Shown: positions 14,014 to 26,145 of the stretch, one piece after another
Numbering within the stretch: the first letter of the stretch is position 1
Layout: each line of letters begins with the position of its first letter
Source: Octopus sinensis
Lineage: Eukaryota
Assembly (NCBI RefSeq): GCF_006345805.1
Contig: NC_043006.1
Span: 88,412,001 to 88,476,000, forward strand
Length of the DNA stretch: 64,000 nt
Direction: 5' to 3'
Translations under genes and position numbers: made by a program
Notes under the pieces: model-generated
Database searches by the model: none
What the model was told of the DNA's origin: nothing
Seen by the model: the letters and a program-made list of their open reading frames with translations, nothing else

Positions 14014-14265
14014 GTGGAGGCGCGTGGCTTAGTGGGTAGGGTGTCAGCACCATGGTCGTAAGATTGTAGTTTCGATTCCTGGACCGAACGACGCGCTGTG
14101 TTCTTGAGCAAAACACTTCATTTCACGTTGCTCCAGTCCACTCAGCTGGCAAAAATGAGCAAAGCTGCGATGGACTGGCGTCCCGTCCAGCTGGGGAACA
14201 CATACGCCATAGAAACCGGGAAACCGGGCCTATGAGCCTGGCTAGGCTTTATATGGGCGCATTCA
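14014..14265 (+). mobile_element. tRNA-derived SINE family C (CORE/V-like central domain)
   Basis: A-box tggcttagtgg, B-box gtttcgattcc, then cttgagcaaaacacttcatttcacgttgctccagtccactcagctg and gcgatggactggcgtcccgtccag. A decayed copy lies at about 12380-12540 and a minus-strand piece at about 1655-1745. Confidence 0.8.
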
Positions 14266-14393
14266 TTTATTTATTTCATATATTTATATACAAATAAACA
14301 AATGGTGATAAAACGCTAGTTTAAGTGTGGTGTAAATAGTCACCCAGTAAGTAGTACTTAGAGAGATCAGAATCTAAAATTCCATCTTCATCT

Positions 14394-14745
14394 TTAATCC
14401 TGCCAACGATTTACAGACAAGTCTACAGACTTGAGAAAAGGATTGTTATACAAATCGGCTGGCTTTTTAGTTCAAGACTTTGCCTTCGCTTTAGTTCTTT
14501 AAGATGATCCAGACCGCTTAATTCATAAGTTTTTTTAACCTCCATTCGCTGCGATTCAGTGCAGTATTTTCACATTTTTCTGGAGAAATCTTTCTCACTT
14601 CCAGCTAAGTTTTGAGTTTGTCCTCATAATCACATCCGTAGCCGTTTCTATGCTTCTGTCGTTATGGAATTGTTACATAAGAACTTTTGGACTTCGGTTT
14701 CAGTCATTCTGACGACATGATCAATCCCTCTTCGTACATACATAC
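14394..14745 (-). mobile_element. RTE LINE 3' fragment, copy 2 of a local duplication
   Basis: Near-identical to 10253-10600, including the adjoining (CATA)n. Confidence 0.7.
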
Positions 14746-15011
14746 ATACATACATACATACATACATACATACATACATACATACATACGAGAGATAAAA
14801 AAAGTCAGCCAAGAGAACAATTGAAATCGAACGGGTATAGAAGTAAAAAGACAAACAAACGGAAACAGGCGTAAAGAAAGTATTTACATGAGAAGTTACG
14901 TATACAGTTTAACACAACTTTTCGTATAGATACAGGCGTTATCGTTTACGTGTCTTTCTACTTTTGAACACACACACACATACATACATACATATATACA
15001 CACATGCACAC

Positions 15012-15053
<42 letters not shown>

Positions 15054-15187
15054 CCGTCACTTAGCGGTTCGGCAAAAAGAGACCGATAGAATAAGTACTG
15101 GGCTTACAAAGAATAAGTCCCGGGGTCGATTTACTCGACTAAAGGCGTTGCTCCAGCATGGCCGCAGTCAAATGACTGAAACAAGTA

Positions 15188-15262
<75 letters not shown>

Positions 15263-15324
15263 TTATGTAGTCGAGTAGTATATCCTAGGTTATGGATAGT
15301 CAGAAAGTTACCGAAGGTAACTTT

Positions 15325-15851
15325 CTATAGGCGTAAGACTGGCTGTGTGGTAAGTAGCTTGCTTACCAACCACATGGTTCCGGGTTCAGTTCCACTGCGT
15401 GACACCTTGGGCAAGTGTCTTCTACTATAGCCTCGGGCCGACCAAAGCCTTGTGAGTAGATTTGGCAGACGGAAACTGAAAGAAGCCCGTCGTATATATG
15501 TATATATATATATATATAAAATATTAGAAAAAACCACCTTTTATCAATTCAAAATGAATAATTAAATTACACCATCTAGATAATTACATATAATAGAAGG
15601 TACCTTTTATATACATTAAATTATTTTTGTAATTTACTTAATCTTTACTTTTTATTGTTATTTTAATTTTAACTTTTCTATTATATGTAATTATCTAGAT
15701 GGTGTAATCTAATTATTCATTTTGAATTGATAAAAGGTGGGTTTTTTCTAATATTTTATATATATATTTTATTGTGTGGAATTTGATTTAGTATTTCTAA
15801 ATTGAATTCTTTTTCCTTGTAAGTTTGGATTTTATTCCCTCAAATAATAAT

Positions 15852-15892
<41 letters not shown>

Positions 15893-16120
15893 ATGTAGGT
15901 ATGTGTGTGTATATGTTTGTGTGTCTGTATTTGTCCCTCAACATCGCTACACAACCGATGCTTGTGTGTTTACGTCCCCATAACCAAGCGGTTCGGCAAA
16001 AGAGACCGATAGAATAAGTGCAAGGCTTACAAAGTATAAGTCCTGGTGTCGATTTGCTCGACTAAAGGCGGTGCTCCAGCATGGCCACAGTCAAATGACT
16101 GAAACAAGTGAAAGAGTAAA
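15325..16120 (+). mobile_element. SINE family B split at its internal microsatellite by an inverted-repeat insert
   Basis: The 5' half (15325-15495) and 3' half (about 15860-16120) match the full copy at 51771-52157. Confidence 0.85.
15505..15850. repeat. AT-rich foldback insert (about 90-bp inverted arms; probable Penelope pLTR remnant or MITE)
   Basis: aaatattagaaaaaaccaccttttatcaattcaaaatgaataatt...ccatctagataattacatataatagaa at about 15518-15600 is mirrored at about 15675-15760. Confidence 0.75.
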
Positions 16121-16289
16121 AGAGTAAAGGTTTTTACGTCTAATATTGCACTTAGTAATGTAGACGACTTGTTAGACACGTAGGCCGAAGCACATAGTCT
16201 CTTTACAAATGGAAGTAAAAATAGTCTTGGGCAGTTTAGTGGTAAAAAAAAGCACTGCAAGGAAAATAAAACCATTCTGTATATATACA

Positions 16290-16535
16290 TTTGAAAAAAG
16301 AATAGAAATGGCTTTTCTGATAATTTTTCCATTTTAATAATTAGATGTTTATAAATTATATGACTCAGTTGTGAGTTTATCGCTTGAAAACGGTTTTCAG
16401 ACTGTTTCAAAACCGCTTTTAAGCGAGAAACTCACGACAGAGTCACCATTTATAAACACCTAATAATTTATAAACATCTAATTATTAAAGTGGAAAAAAA
16501 GCTATTTCTATTCATTTTTTTGTTTCAAATATATT
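16290..16535. repeat. Imperfect palindrome of about 245 bp (MITE-like)
   Basis: Paired blocks gaatagaaatggctttt/aaaagctatttctattc, ttaataattagatgtttataaattat/ataatttataaacatctaattattaa and tgactcagttgtgagtttatcgctt/aagcgagaaactcacgacagagtca. Confidence 0.7.
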
Positions 16536-16576
16536 TTGCTATACCAAGGACATTTTGTTGCTTATTCTACTATATG

Positions 16577-16682
<106 letters not shown>

Positions 16683-16689
16683 GTGTGTT

Positions 16690-17910
16690 TTCACGTATGT
16701 ATATTTGTGTGAATGTAAACGTCTATAGGTTTGTTTCTCACCGCATGACAACCGGTGTTGGTTTTTAACATCCACGTTACTTGTATCTTCGGCAAGGAGA
16801 CTACAAACTGAATAATGCAACAGCCTTAAAAACAAACAGCAAGAACGAGGATCAATTTAATCGATCAAACATTTCATTGAGTCTTCTGCAATAGCTTCAG
16901 ATTGGAAAACTTTGAGTGAATTTGTTAGACGGAATCTGTATGGAAGCCCATCATGTATATGCGTGTGTATGTGTGTGTGTGTGCGCATGCATATGTGTGT
17001 GTGTTATTGTTTTGTCCTTCCCACCACTTGACAATCAGTGCTGGTTTCTTTACGCCCCAGTAAACTTGCTCTTCAGCAAAAAAAGCCAATGGAATAAGTA
17101 CTAGACTGGTTCGATTTGTTAGACCAAACCTTCCAAGGCGGTGTCCCGGCATACTCAGATTCCAATGATTAGAACAGCTAAAAATAAAAATTAAGAAAGC
17201 ATCTTTTGATTTAATATGAATCAAGTGATTGTGGAAGCTTCCACTTTCATGACAGATAAAAATTACATTAGCCAGTATTTGATGTGTAATAAACAGTAGC
17301 CAGTATTTGATATGTATAAACAATCAATGTCAAAAGTCAGGTTTATTCTTGTTATTCTTCCGATTTGAGTGAATTAAAGACTAACGAAGTTGCAATTCCA
17401 ATTTACATTTAGTTCTAATTCTGTAATATAATACATGAATGAATACATTTTCATCAAAGAAAAATTTGTAAAAATACATTTTTTAAAATCAGGCGGTGAT
17501 TAGACATTTTTTGCTGTTTTCTTCATTGAATTCATTATGGACATGGCTTTGTGGTGAGAAGCTCGCTTCCCAATCACGTCGTTCCAGGTTCAATTGGGCA
17601 AGTGTATCCTATAATAGGCCCGGGCCGACCAAAGCCTTGTGAGTGGATATCTGGTAGATGGAAACTGAAATAAGGTCGTCGTGTGTGTGTATGTGTGTGT
17701 GTGTGTATTTGTGTTTGTCCCCCATCACTGCTAGACAACTGCGTTAGTATGTTTACATCCCCGTAACTTATGCCGTATCGGCATAGGAACCGATAGAATA
17801 AATACAAGTCTTTAAAATAATAATCGCTGGGGCCGATTAGTTCAACTACAATTCTTCAAGTCATTGCCCCAGTATGGCCGCAATCTAATGACTGAAACAA
17901 GTAAACGCCA
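16690..17910 (+). mobile_element. Cluster of three diverged SINE family B copies
   Basis: Repeated gacaaccggtgttgg...cggcaaaagagac...gactgaaacaagtaaa modules at about 16690-16830, 17000-17190 and 17530-17910. Confidence 0.7.
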
Positions 17911-19048
17911 AATGGTAAAAGATCAATTTAGACTAAAATTGTTCAAATTCTGCTTCACACTAGTTTTTGTTTAATAAGTCAAAGTGTGTGAAGATTATTA
18001 TGAAGACGTACTAATCTGTCTCACCCAAGGGGTCAATGATACAAGAAATTTTATTTGTATCATTGACCCCTTCACAGAATCGTCGATAACTTATCGACCC
18101 ACATCATGTCAATTTTTAAAATAAAATTAAAGAGTATAACTGATAAAAAATTCCTGGTTTAAAAACAATCATTTCTTCGTTCGTTAATGAAAATAATTAA
18201 CGAAATTAATAAAGAACACTAAAACTTTCGTCTTATTTTATTAATAAAGTCGGGATATTGAATGTGAAATATGTGTTTTGTGAATATTAGTTATTGCATC
18301 GATATTTGGCTGGAAATTAGTGAGTATTACCAAGCTCTTTCAGATTCAGTTCGCTAATAATTCAGCACCCTTATTGCACGAAATCGTTTCAGGTGTTTAT
18401 CGACCACTTGGATAGCCACATAGACCCACCAGTGATCAATATTGACCACTTTGCCGACATCTGGTCTGAACATTGGGTAATATTAATAATATCAAAAGGA
18501 AAAGTGAAAAAGACATCGGCTATAAATCGAAGGATTATCATGCTGTTATGAAGCAATAAAACTAGCTTGGACTTGGGTGAACATAAATCATGTGGGTACA
18601 CGAAACTAACTGTAAATTGTTGTATCATCAATAAATGGCATAACAAAATCACAGGACCTTAAATATATTTATATCACGGTTAAATGCATAAAATTTCAAT
18701 TACCGAGTCTACGCAATCGAGCGAAAATGATTGGCAGTCGTTTTGATTTAGCCTTGGGTAATAGTAATAATTTCCAACAAAAGTACGAGACCTCAGATTT
18801 GAGAGATTAAAAGTGTCGATTATAAATTCACCAGGATTTGAATACCCACCCCCAACCCACTCTCGTAAGACTGAAAAGTAAATTTCACCTCGATGGAATA
18901 TTAACTCAGCAAGTAATATAATCAAAGACAACTAAATACTGCTAGACCTTGTCTCTACCACTCTACCGATTTTGAGAATCGATCACCCTATAAATAACAA
19001 ATAATAATAATAATAACAATAATAATAATAATGATAATAATAATAATA

Positions 19049-19606
19049 AATGCTCTGATGCAGTACCAGGCAGTGGCTCTCGTGGCTTCTGATCTTAACT
19101 GTTTGGAAGTGTTATCATGTACATTGTTTTGTCTTGGTATAAAATATGGGCTACAGCAAATATTCTGCTCAGTACCACAGATTTGCTTGTCACTTGTTTG
19201 ACCTTAACCAGTTGAGCATGTCCCTTAGTGGCTGACAATATATTCATCTCTGTTCATGAGCAGAAGTAGTGGGGAAGCATTATAACCATGTGTTGAGAGG
19301 AATTCTTTGGGGTTTGAATAATTCACCTCTGGAAACATGAGTGGTTCGTTCAACCATCTTAAGCAACCCCTATTCAGGGGCCTTTTGAGTGGGATGGGCT
19401 ACTCGACCTGAAGAAATTCTAACTGTGCCCCCACCTGCAAGGTCATGCGATGTTTATATTGATATGAGATCTCCATGTCACGCACATATGGTCATGATGT
19501 ATGTGCCTGGTATACCCTTACCAGACGAGTAGTCATGATGGGTATGCTGGGCTTCGTATATTTGTACTCTAGTGTCACTTTGACGGCATGCACTGCTTTC
19601 TCGCTC
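19049..19606 (+). mobile_element. 558-nt non-coding retroelement embedded in (AAT)n, with an (AAT)n tail
   Basis: Flanked by (AAT)n on both sides, with no long ORF and no tRNA A/B boxes. Its 3' about 220 nt recur at 56188-56406, again followed by (AAT)n. Confidence 0.75.
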
Positions 19607-19645
<39 letters not shown>

Positions 19646-19646
<1 letters not shown>

Positions 19647-20200
19647 GTAAATTAACACGAAGAAAACTGAACAACTACGGCGATTTGAATTGGGAAATAC
19701 GAAGATCGAGGTCAATGTGGAGAGTAGATGTGATACCACTAGTAGTTGGCGCACTTGAAAGTATCAGCACTCAACTACTAGTATGATTTTAAAAGATTAG
19801 TACAAATATAAAGATAGAACACCTACAAAAATCAGCATTGCTTGGAAATGCAAGAATTCTTCGCAGGGTTCTTGAAGCATGACCAGTAAATAAGTGTCGT
19901 CTTTTCTACTGGCTGTGGACAGCTGACACTTTCCATCATACCCAGAAAAATAGGCTGAGAGTTTTCATCAAATAATAATAATAATCTTTTCTACTATAGG
20001 CACAAGGCCGGAAATTTGGGGGAAGCGGGGATAGTAGAGTACTAGTATTCAACAGGTACTTATTTTATCGACCGCGAAAGGATGAAAAGCAAAGTCGACC
20101 TCGGCGAAATTTGAACTCAGAATGTAAAGACAGACGAAACGCCGCTGAGCAATTCGCCCGGAGTGCTAACGATTCTACCAGCTCGCCGCCTTAAAATAAT

Positions 20201-20249
<49 letters not shown>

Positions 20250-20825
20250 TATAATAATAATAATAATAATAGTAAATTAACACGAAGAAAACTGAACAAC
20301 TACGGCGATTTGAATTGGGAAATACGAAGATCGAGGTCAATGTGGAGAGTAGATGTGATACCACTAGTAGTTGGCGCACTTGAAAGTATCAGCACTCAAC
20401 TACTAGTATGATTTTAAAAGATTAGTACAAATATAAAGATAGAACACCTACAAAAATCAGCATTGCTTGGAAATGCAAGAATTCTTCGCAGGGTTCTTGA
20501 AGCATGACCAGTAAATAAGTGTCGTCTTTTCTACTGGCTGTGGACAGCTGACACTTTCCATCATACCCAGAAAAATAGGCTGAGAGTTTTCATCAAATAA
20601 TAATAATAATCTTTTCTACTATAGGCACAAGGCCGGAAATTTGGGGGAAGCGGGGATAGTAGAGTACTAGTATTCAACAGGTACTTATTTTATCGACCGC
20701 GAAAGGATGAAAAGCAAAGTCGACCTCGGCGAAATTTGAACTCAGAATGTAAAGACAGACGAAACGCCGCTGAGCAATTCGCCCGGAGTGCTAACGATTC
20801 TACCAGCTCGCCGCCTTAAAATAAT

Positions 20826-20830
<5 letters not shown>
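19646..20830 (+). repeat. Tandem duplication (625-bp period) of a Dong/R4 3' end plus SINE A
   Basis: Units start at 19646 and 20271. Each encodes KLNNYGDLNWEIRR...VIPLVVGAL...HLQKSALLGNARILRRVLEA* (RLE C-terminus), a 3' UTR, (AAT)n and an antisense SINE A. Confidence 0.92.
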
Positions 20831-20901
<71 letters not shown>

Positions 20902-20949
20902 CAACAACAACAGCAACAACAGTAACAGCGACGACGCCGACGATGACTA

Positions 20950-23095
20950 TGATGATGATGATGATGATGATGATGCAAACAATGGCGTAAATGAGGACGG
21001 AACTACAGGTGACGGACTTTTGCCTGGCAGGTGCCCTGTAGGTGAGCAGTACAGGCCTGGTCGTCATTATACGGCTGCCAGAAGAAAATAGATTAAGATG
21101 ATGAATGCAGCTGTCATGGAATGTTAATTTTGAGTAGACCCATTGATGATGAAGGGCAACCCAACAGAAGGATATACAAGAAAGATGCATGACATGTGGA
21201 TAGAAAAACGGGGCTCAGATATTACAGAACAGAGACTCTGTGACCAGGTAAGGGTAATAGGGAGGAAAGGATGGCTTACAATAGTAGAGGTAAGAAGCGG
21301 TTAATGATCAAAAACACAGGGCGTGCAGAGAAAGTTGTCAAGATTATATTTAATGAGGGTGCCCGGGAGAATTATGAGGACTTAAGCCTTAGGAGTATAA
21401 AAGGACTGAATGATGAGGACATGATCGAAGACATCACTAATATCATTGAGGAAAACCTGGGTATGGAAATAAATGGATTCAGAAAAAATATAAATTTTCT
21501 CAAAGGGTGAACCCAGGAGGTGAATAACATGCTGTAAGAAAATAAGACAGATAATATAACCAGAATGAATTGACTGATTAAAGTTTGTATCGTCTATACA
21601 GGAAAAAAAGTAGGCCTCGAACCAACTCGTAAAAGAGGAAATGAAGAAAAAGAGCCATGGTGGAAAAAAAAGAATAAAGTAATCAATGAATAAACTATAA
21701 AAACATATCAATACCTTGGAAAAATATAGAAATGTGAAATCCAAAAGAAGGAGAGCTATCAGGAACAAGATTGTAGATACAGGATAAAGAAAGGAGCTAA
21801 ACGTATTCCTTGAAGAGCTGAAGCAAAGATTACAGGCTAAAGCGACAAAGACGAAGAGATATGACCAAAGAATTGAACAGTATAAAATCAACAGATTGTT
21901 CCACCAACATCAGAAAAGGGTTTATTAGCAGCTGAATGGAAAGGTTAAGATCAGTAAGAGACTGGACGCTGAAGAAAGCAGAAGGTTTTGGAGTAACATG
22001 AGAGATAATGGAAGAAAATATAATGAAGATGCTGAATTGTTGATGATTATTAAGATCGGAGAAAAATGAAGTGAAACAGAGAAATATGGGAATAACAACT
22101 GAAATGTTGACCGAGCAGACAACAAAGATTCCAAACTGGAAATGCCCAGACCCAGAAGAGTATTGGCTGAAAAAATTACTATTACTACACAAAAGAATAG
22201 CTACGCAAATGGATAAAATGATCAACAACGTGACGGAAATCCCAATACCTCAGAGAAATCGAAAGAATAAAACAAGACCAACACTTGGAGATGGTTAAGA
22301 AAAAGTGATCTGCAACGATGCACGGAGGCATTGATATGCATCGCCATGAACAAGCTGTTAGAACTAATCACACCAAGTTCCAAATAGATAAGAGCAGCGA
22401 ATCGCCCCTTTGTAGAATGTGTGGCAGCAAAAACGAAACAATTTCACATATTGTGAATGTAGCAAGCTGGCCGAAAATCACTACAAAAGGAGGCACGACT
22501 ACGTGGTTGAGTTTGTCCATGAAGAAAGTATGACTTCGACAGAGCACGGAAATAATATGAACATGAACCAGAAGGAGTCACCGAGAACAAGAAGTATAAG
22601 ATATTGTGGGATTTTACAATCCAATGTGACTCCCTAATTGATGATCAGAGACCAGATATTGTTGTGGCAGATAAAGATTATAGATATTGCAATACCTGGC
22701 AATGCACGAATAAGTGACAGAGAACTAAAAAAAAATGGAAGGTACAGACTAGTAAAAGACGAAATTGCAAGAATGTGGATTATGAGGAGAGTGTCTGTCA
22801 TCCCAGTAATTGTAGGAGCACTCGGAGCACTAAGAACCAAATTCGAGATATATGTCAGAGCAATTGGAATTGACGTGGGAGCAGAGCAGGCCCAAAAAAC
22901 TGCTCTGCTGGGGATAGTTAGAATTTTGAGGTTAGTACTTGGATGTTGAATGTCTTCCGCGATAATTAACAACCAAATATCAAAGCTTACAATGTGCGGA
23001 AAACGTGAGACCTCTGACAACAGGCTGCTGTCCGCTCTCACAGAGTCATCCAGAGCAAACAAGACCGAGCGCCCTGAGAAGTAAAACAACAACAG
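20950..23095 (+). mobile_element. Dong/R4-clade non-LTR retrotransposon, internally deleted and decayed
   Basis: N-terminal MNAAVMEC*...ITEQRLCDQVRVI..KGWLT; CRMCGSKNETISHIV..C CCHC motif; IDIAIPGNARI...VIPVIVGALGAL...QKTALLGIVRILRLVL RLE end; (AAC/AAT)n tail. Confidence 0.85.
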
Positions 23096-23129
23096 CGACA
23101 ACAACAACAATAATAATAATCATAATAAT

Positions 23130-23495
23130 GGTTTAAAATTTTGTCAGAACGGCAGCAATTTGGGGGGCGGAGGTTAAGTCGATTACATCGCCCCAGAGTT
23201 CAACTGGTACTGGTTTCATCGCCCCCGAAAGGAAGAAAGGCAAAGTCGACCTCGGCGGAATTTGAACTTAGAACGAAGCGACAGACGGAATACCTATTTC
23301 TTTACTACCCACCAGGGGCTAAACACAGAGAGGACACACATGGACAGACAAACGGATTAATTCGATTATATCGACCCCGAAAGGATGAAAGGCAAAGTCG
23401 ACCTCGGCGGAATTTGAACTCAGAACGTAACGGCAGACGAAATACGGCTACGCATTTCGCCCGAGGTGCTAACGTTTCTGCCAGCTCGCCGCTTT
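23130..23495 (-). mobile_element. Two nested or tandem SINE family A copies
   Basis: Two aaaggcaaagtcgacctcggcggaatttgaact cores at about 23235 and 23388. Confidence 0.85.
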
Positions 23496-23509
23496 CAATA
23501 ATAATAATA

Positions 23510-23619
<110 letters not shown>

Positions 23620-24469
23620 CAACAACAACAATAATAATAATAATAAAAGTCGTTCAATCTATGACCATCCTGTTTATTATGATGCACATTGTATCATAAT
23701 GTATTTTTCCTTCTAGAATGTAATTTTGGAAGGTTTTAGCAGCTATTTCTTGCAGGTTCATCTATCACGTTACAGGCTTTGTGGCCGTTTTATATATAAC
23801 AGCTATGCATATTTATGTATAAGTTTCGTTGCTGATAGACATCTAGCTTTTCGTTTTTCTTTTTATTTGGTATTTAAAGTTCAATTTTTAATACATAAAC
23901 AAACACATTTCGTTTAAAATTCTATACTCTACAGATCATTAACTCGGTAACATTATTGGAAATTGTACTATCTATTACGTAGTTTGTGCAATTTAGGAGG
24001 AGGAGGAGAGATAAGCAGATATTCAAATGCAAAGGAGAGTGGGGGTGAGAAAAAGAGAGGGAGAGAGAGAGAGAAACAGACACGCAAACAGAAAGAAAGT
24101 GAGGGAGAAGGGGAAAGTGGGTAGGGAAGGGACAGAGAGTAAGATACGAAGGAAGACAAAACAAAAATCCTTTATTATTTATTCTACAGGTTTGTCTGAT
24201 TTCCTGTATGCATTTTGCTGGAAAAACCAAACTGATATATAATCAAATAAAAAAAAATGGATATGATACGGACGATAAACTTAATTGTTGTTGTTGCGAT
24301 GGTAGTGGTGGTGGCGATGGTGGTGATGGCGGTTGTATAGACTTAACTCAATCTTGATTGAGCAAACCGACCTATGGCACCTAAATCGTCAGTGGAACGA
24401 CTAGGATTCTCTCGGTTAGTTGGATGTCGTACTTAACTTTTATTTCAACTAATATTCTTTTTATTCTAG

Positions 24470-24680
24470 GATGGAGAGCTGGTAGAATTGTTTGCACGCC
24501 GGACGAAATTCTTAGCAGGTATTTCGTTCTGAGTACAAATTCCGCCAAGGTCGAATTTGCCTTTCATCTTTTCGGGGTCGATTAAATAAATACCAGTTAC
24601 ATACTGGGGTCAATGTAATCGACTCAATCCCTTTGTCTGCCCCCTTCTATGTTTAAACCCCTGTAGGAGATAAAGAAGTA
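24470..24680 (+). mobile_element. SINE family A
   Basis: gagctggtagaattgtttgcacgccggacgaaa...ttctgagtacaaattccgccaaggtcgaatttgcc. Confidence 0.8.
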
Positions 24681-24919
24681 AATATTCTTTTCTTTTGAGA
24701 AAGTGTATTGGAAAATCTGAAAGTAAAAGGATATACCCAAATGTCTAAAGTTCTAAAAGTTACTTGTGTTCACTGAATAGATGTTTGCATTGTTGTCCAA
24801 CTCTAAAACATTCTTGATAAATGTTTCCACTGTGAATATTCCGTCTTTTATTTAGAAATAGTGCCTCTGTAACCGCCTAATTACCCAATCTTTATCTTTT
24901 ATTACTTGTTTCAGTCAGT

Positions 24920-25290
24920 GGACTTCGGTAATGATGGGACACCGTCTTGAAGGGTTTAGTCGAGTAATTCGATCCCAGTACTTATTCTTATGTTGGGTAT
25001 TTATTTCCTCACTCACTTTTGATGAACTGCTACGTAACGTGGACGTATAGAAAGTAACACTGGTTGTCAATCGGTGGTGTGAGACAAAATTCAAAAGCAC
25101 ACACATTTATATATAGATATATATATATACACAACAGGATCCCACACAGTTTCCGTCTACCAAATTCACCATCAAAGCATTGGTCGGTGTGGGATTATAC
25201 TAGAAAAGAGTTGTTCAATATGCTACGCAGTACGACTGAACCCGAAGCCAAATGGTTTCGAGCTTCTTAACCTTACAGCCACACATGCGC
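24920..25290 (-). mobile_element. SINE family B (diverged)
   Basis: Reverse complement of the family B head and tail. Confidence 0.7.
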
Positions 25291-25975
25291 CTATACGTCC
25301 TATAAAAATGTACGATACGAAATGAAGGAAGATTTGTTTGTTATTTAAAGCAAGAGGAGAAGAATCTTTCGCTCCTAGCAAATTCCCCTGTCGTTCAAAT
25401 TTGAAGCTATTAACTAACAAAGTTCTTTAAGAACCCGTGACACAAAAAAAGAAAGAAAAGAGATAGTATAAATATAACCGGTTTAGTTCTTCAGACCAAA
25501 AAGGTAATTCAAATATCCTAAGTTGCTATAACTTTGAATGTTAAAGATTCATTATTTTCCTTACCTGTGAAGAAAATAATTTCCCTACACCTTAGCGTAG
25601 ACATTCGTGTGTTTGTTTGTTGACGTCGTTCAATATTGGTGTAAGCAGAAAGAGAACTTGATATATTTTATAAAATAAATCCAATGAATCTTACAATAAA
25701 TCTATTCATGTTACATATTGTTGTCGACGTTTCACGTGGAAATCGCGTCCCTACTGGAAAGAAATTGTTAAAAAGCTATGGAAAATGAAGGAAAAGTTCA
25801 GATACTGACTTGTGCTTAAGAAGGTTGTGCCGTAACCACGGAATTCTGGAGTCGTATTTCCAACATTTGTGGTGAAGTACTTTGAGGAAGTGTCTTACAT
25901 CACAGCCTAGGGTTGGATAATATCTTCTGAAAGAAATTTGGCAAATGGAAACTATGAGGAAGACAAGCGTATATA

Positions 25976-26145
25976 TACGAGAGGACATCTAAAGGAAATC
26001 GGAATTTTGCAATATTATTTTATACACTTAGTTTTACATGTTTACACTTTTATTGCCTTCAAAGTATTCTCCATTTGAAGCAATGCACTGGTCCAGGCAC
26101 ATTTTCCACCGTTCGAAGCAGTCCTAGAACTCTTGCAAAGTGATG
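25976..26145 (-). mobile_element. mariner-type transposon 3' end
   Basis: Minus strand LEGITLQEF*DCFERWKMCLDQCIASNGEYFEGN (mariner C-terminus) next to a TA-CGAG(A/G)GG TIR-like end at about 25978. Confidence 0.75.

Noticed and set aside
18300-18660. Possible mariner N-terminal remnant on the minus strand
   Set aside because: Only a vague LNLKELG similarity; not defensible.
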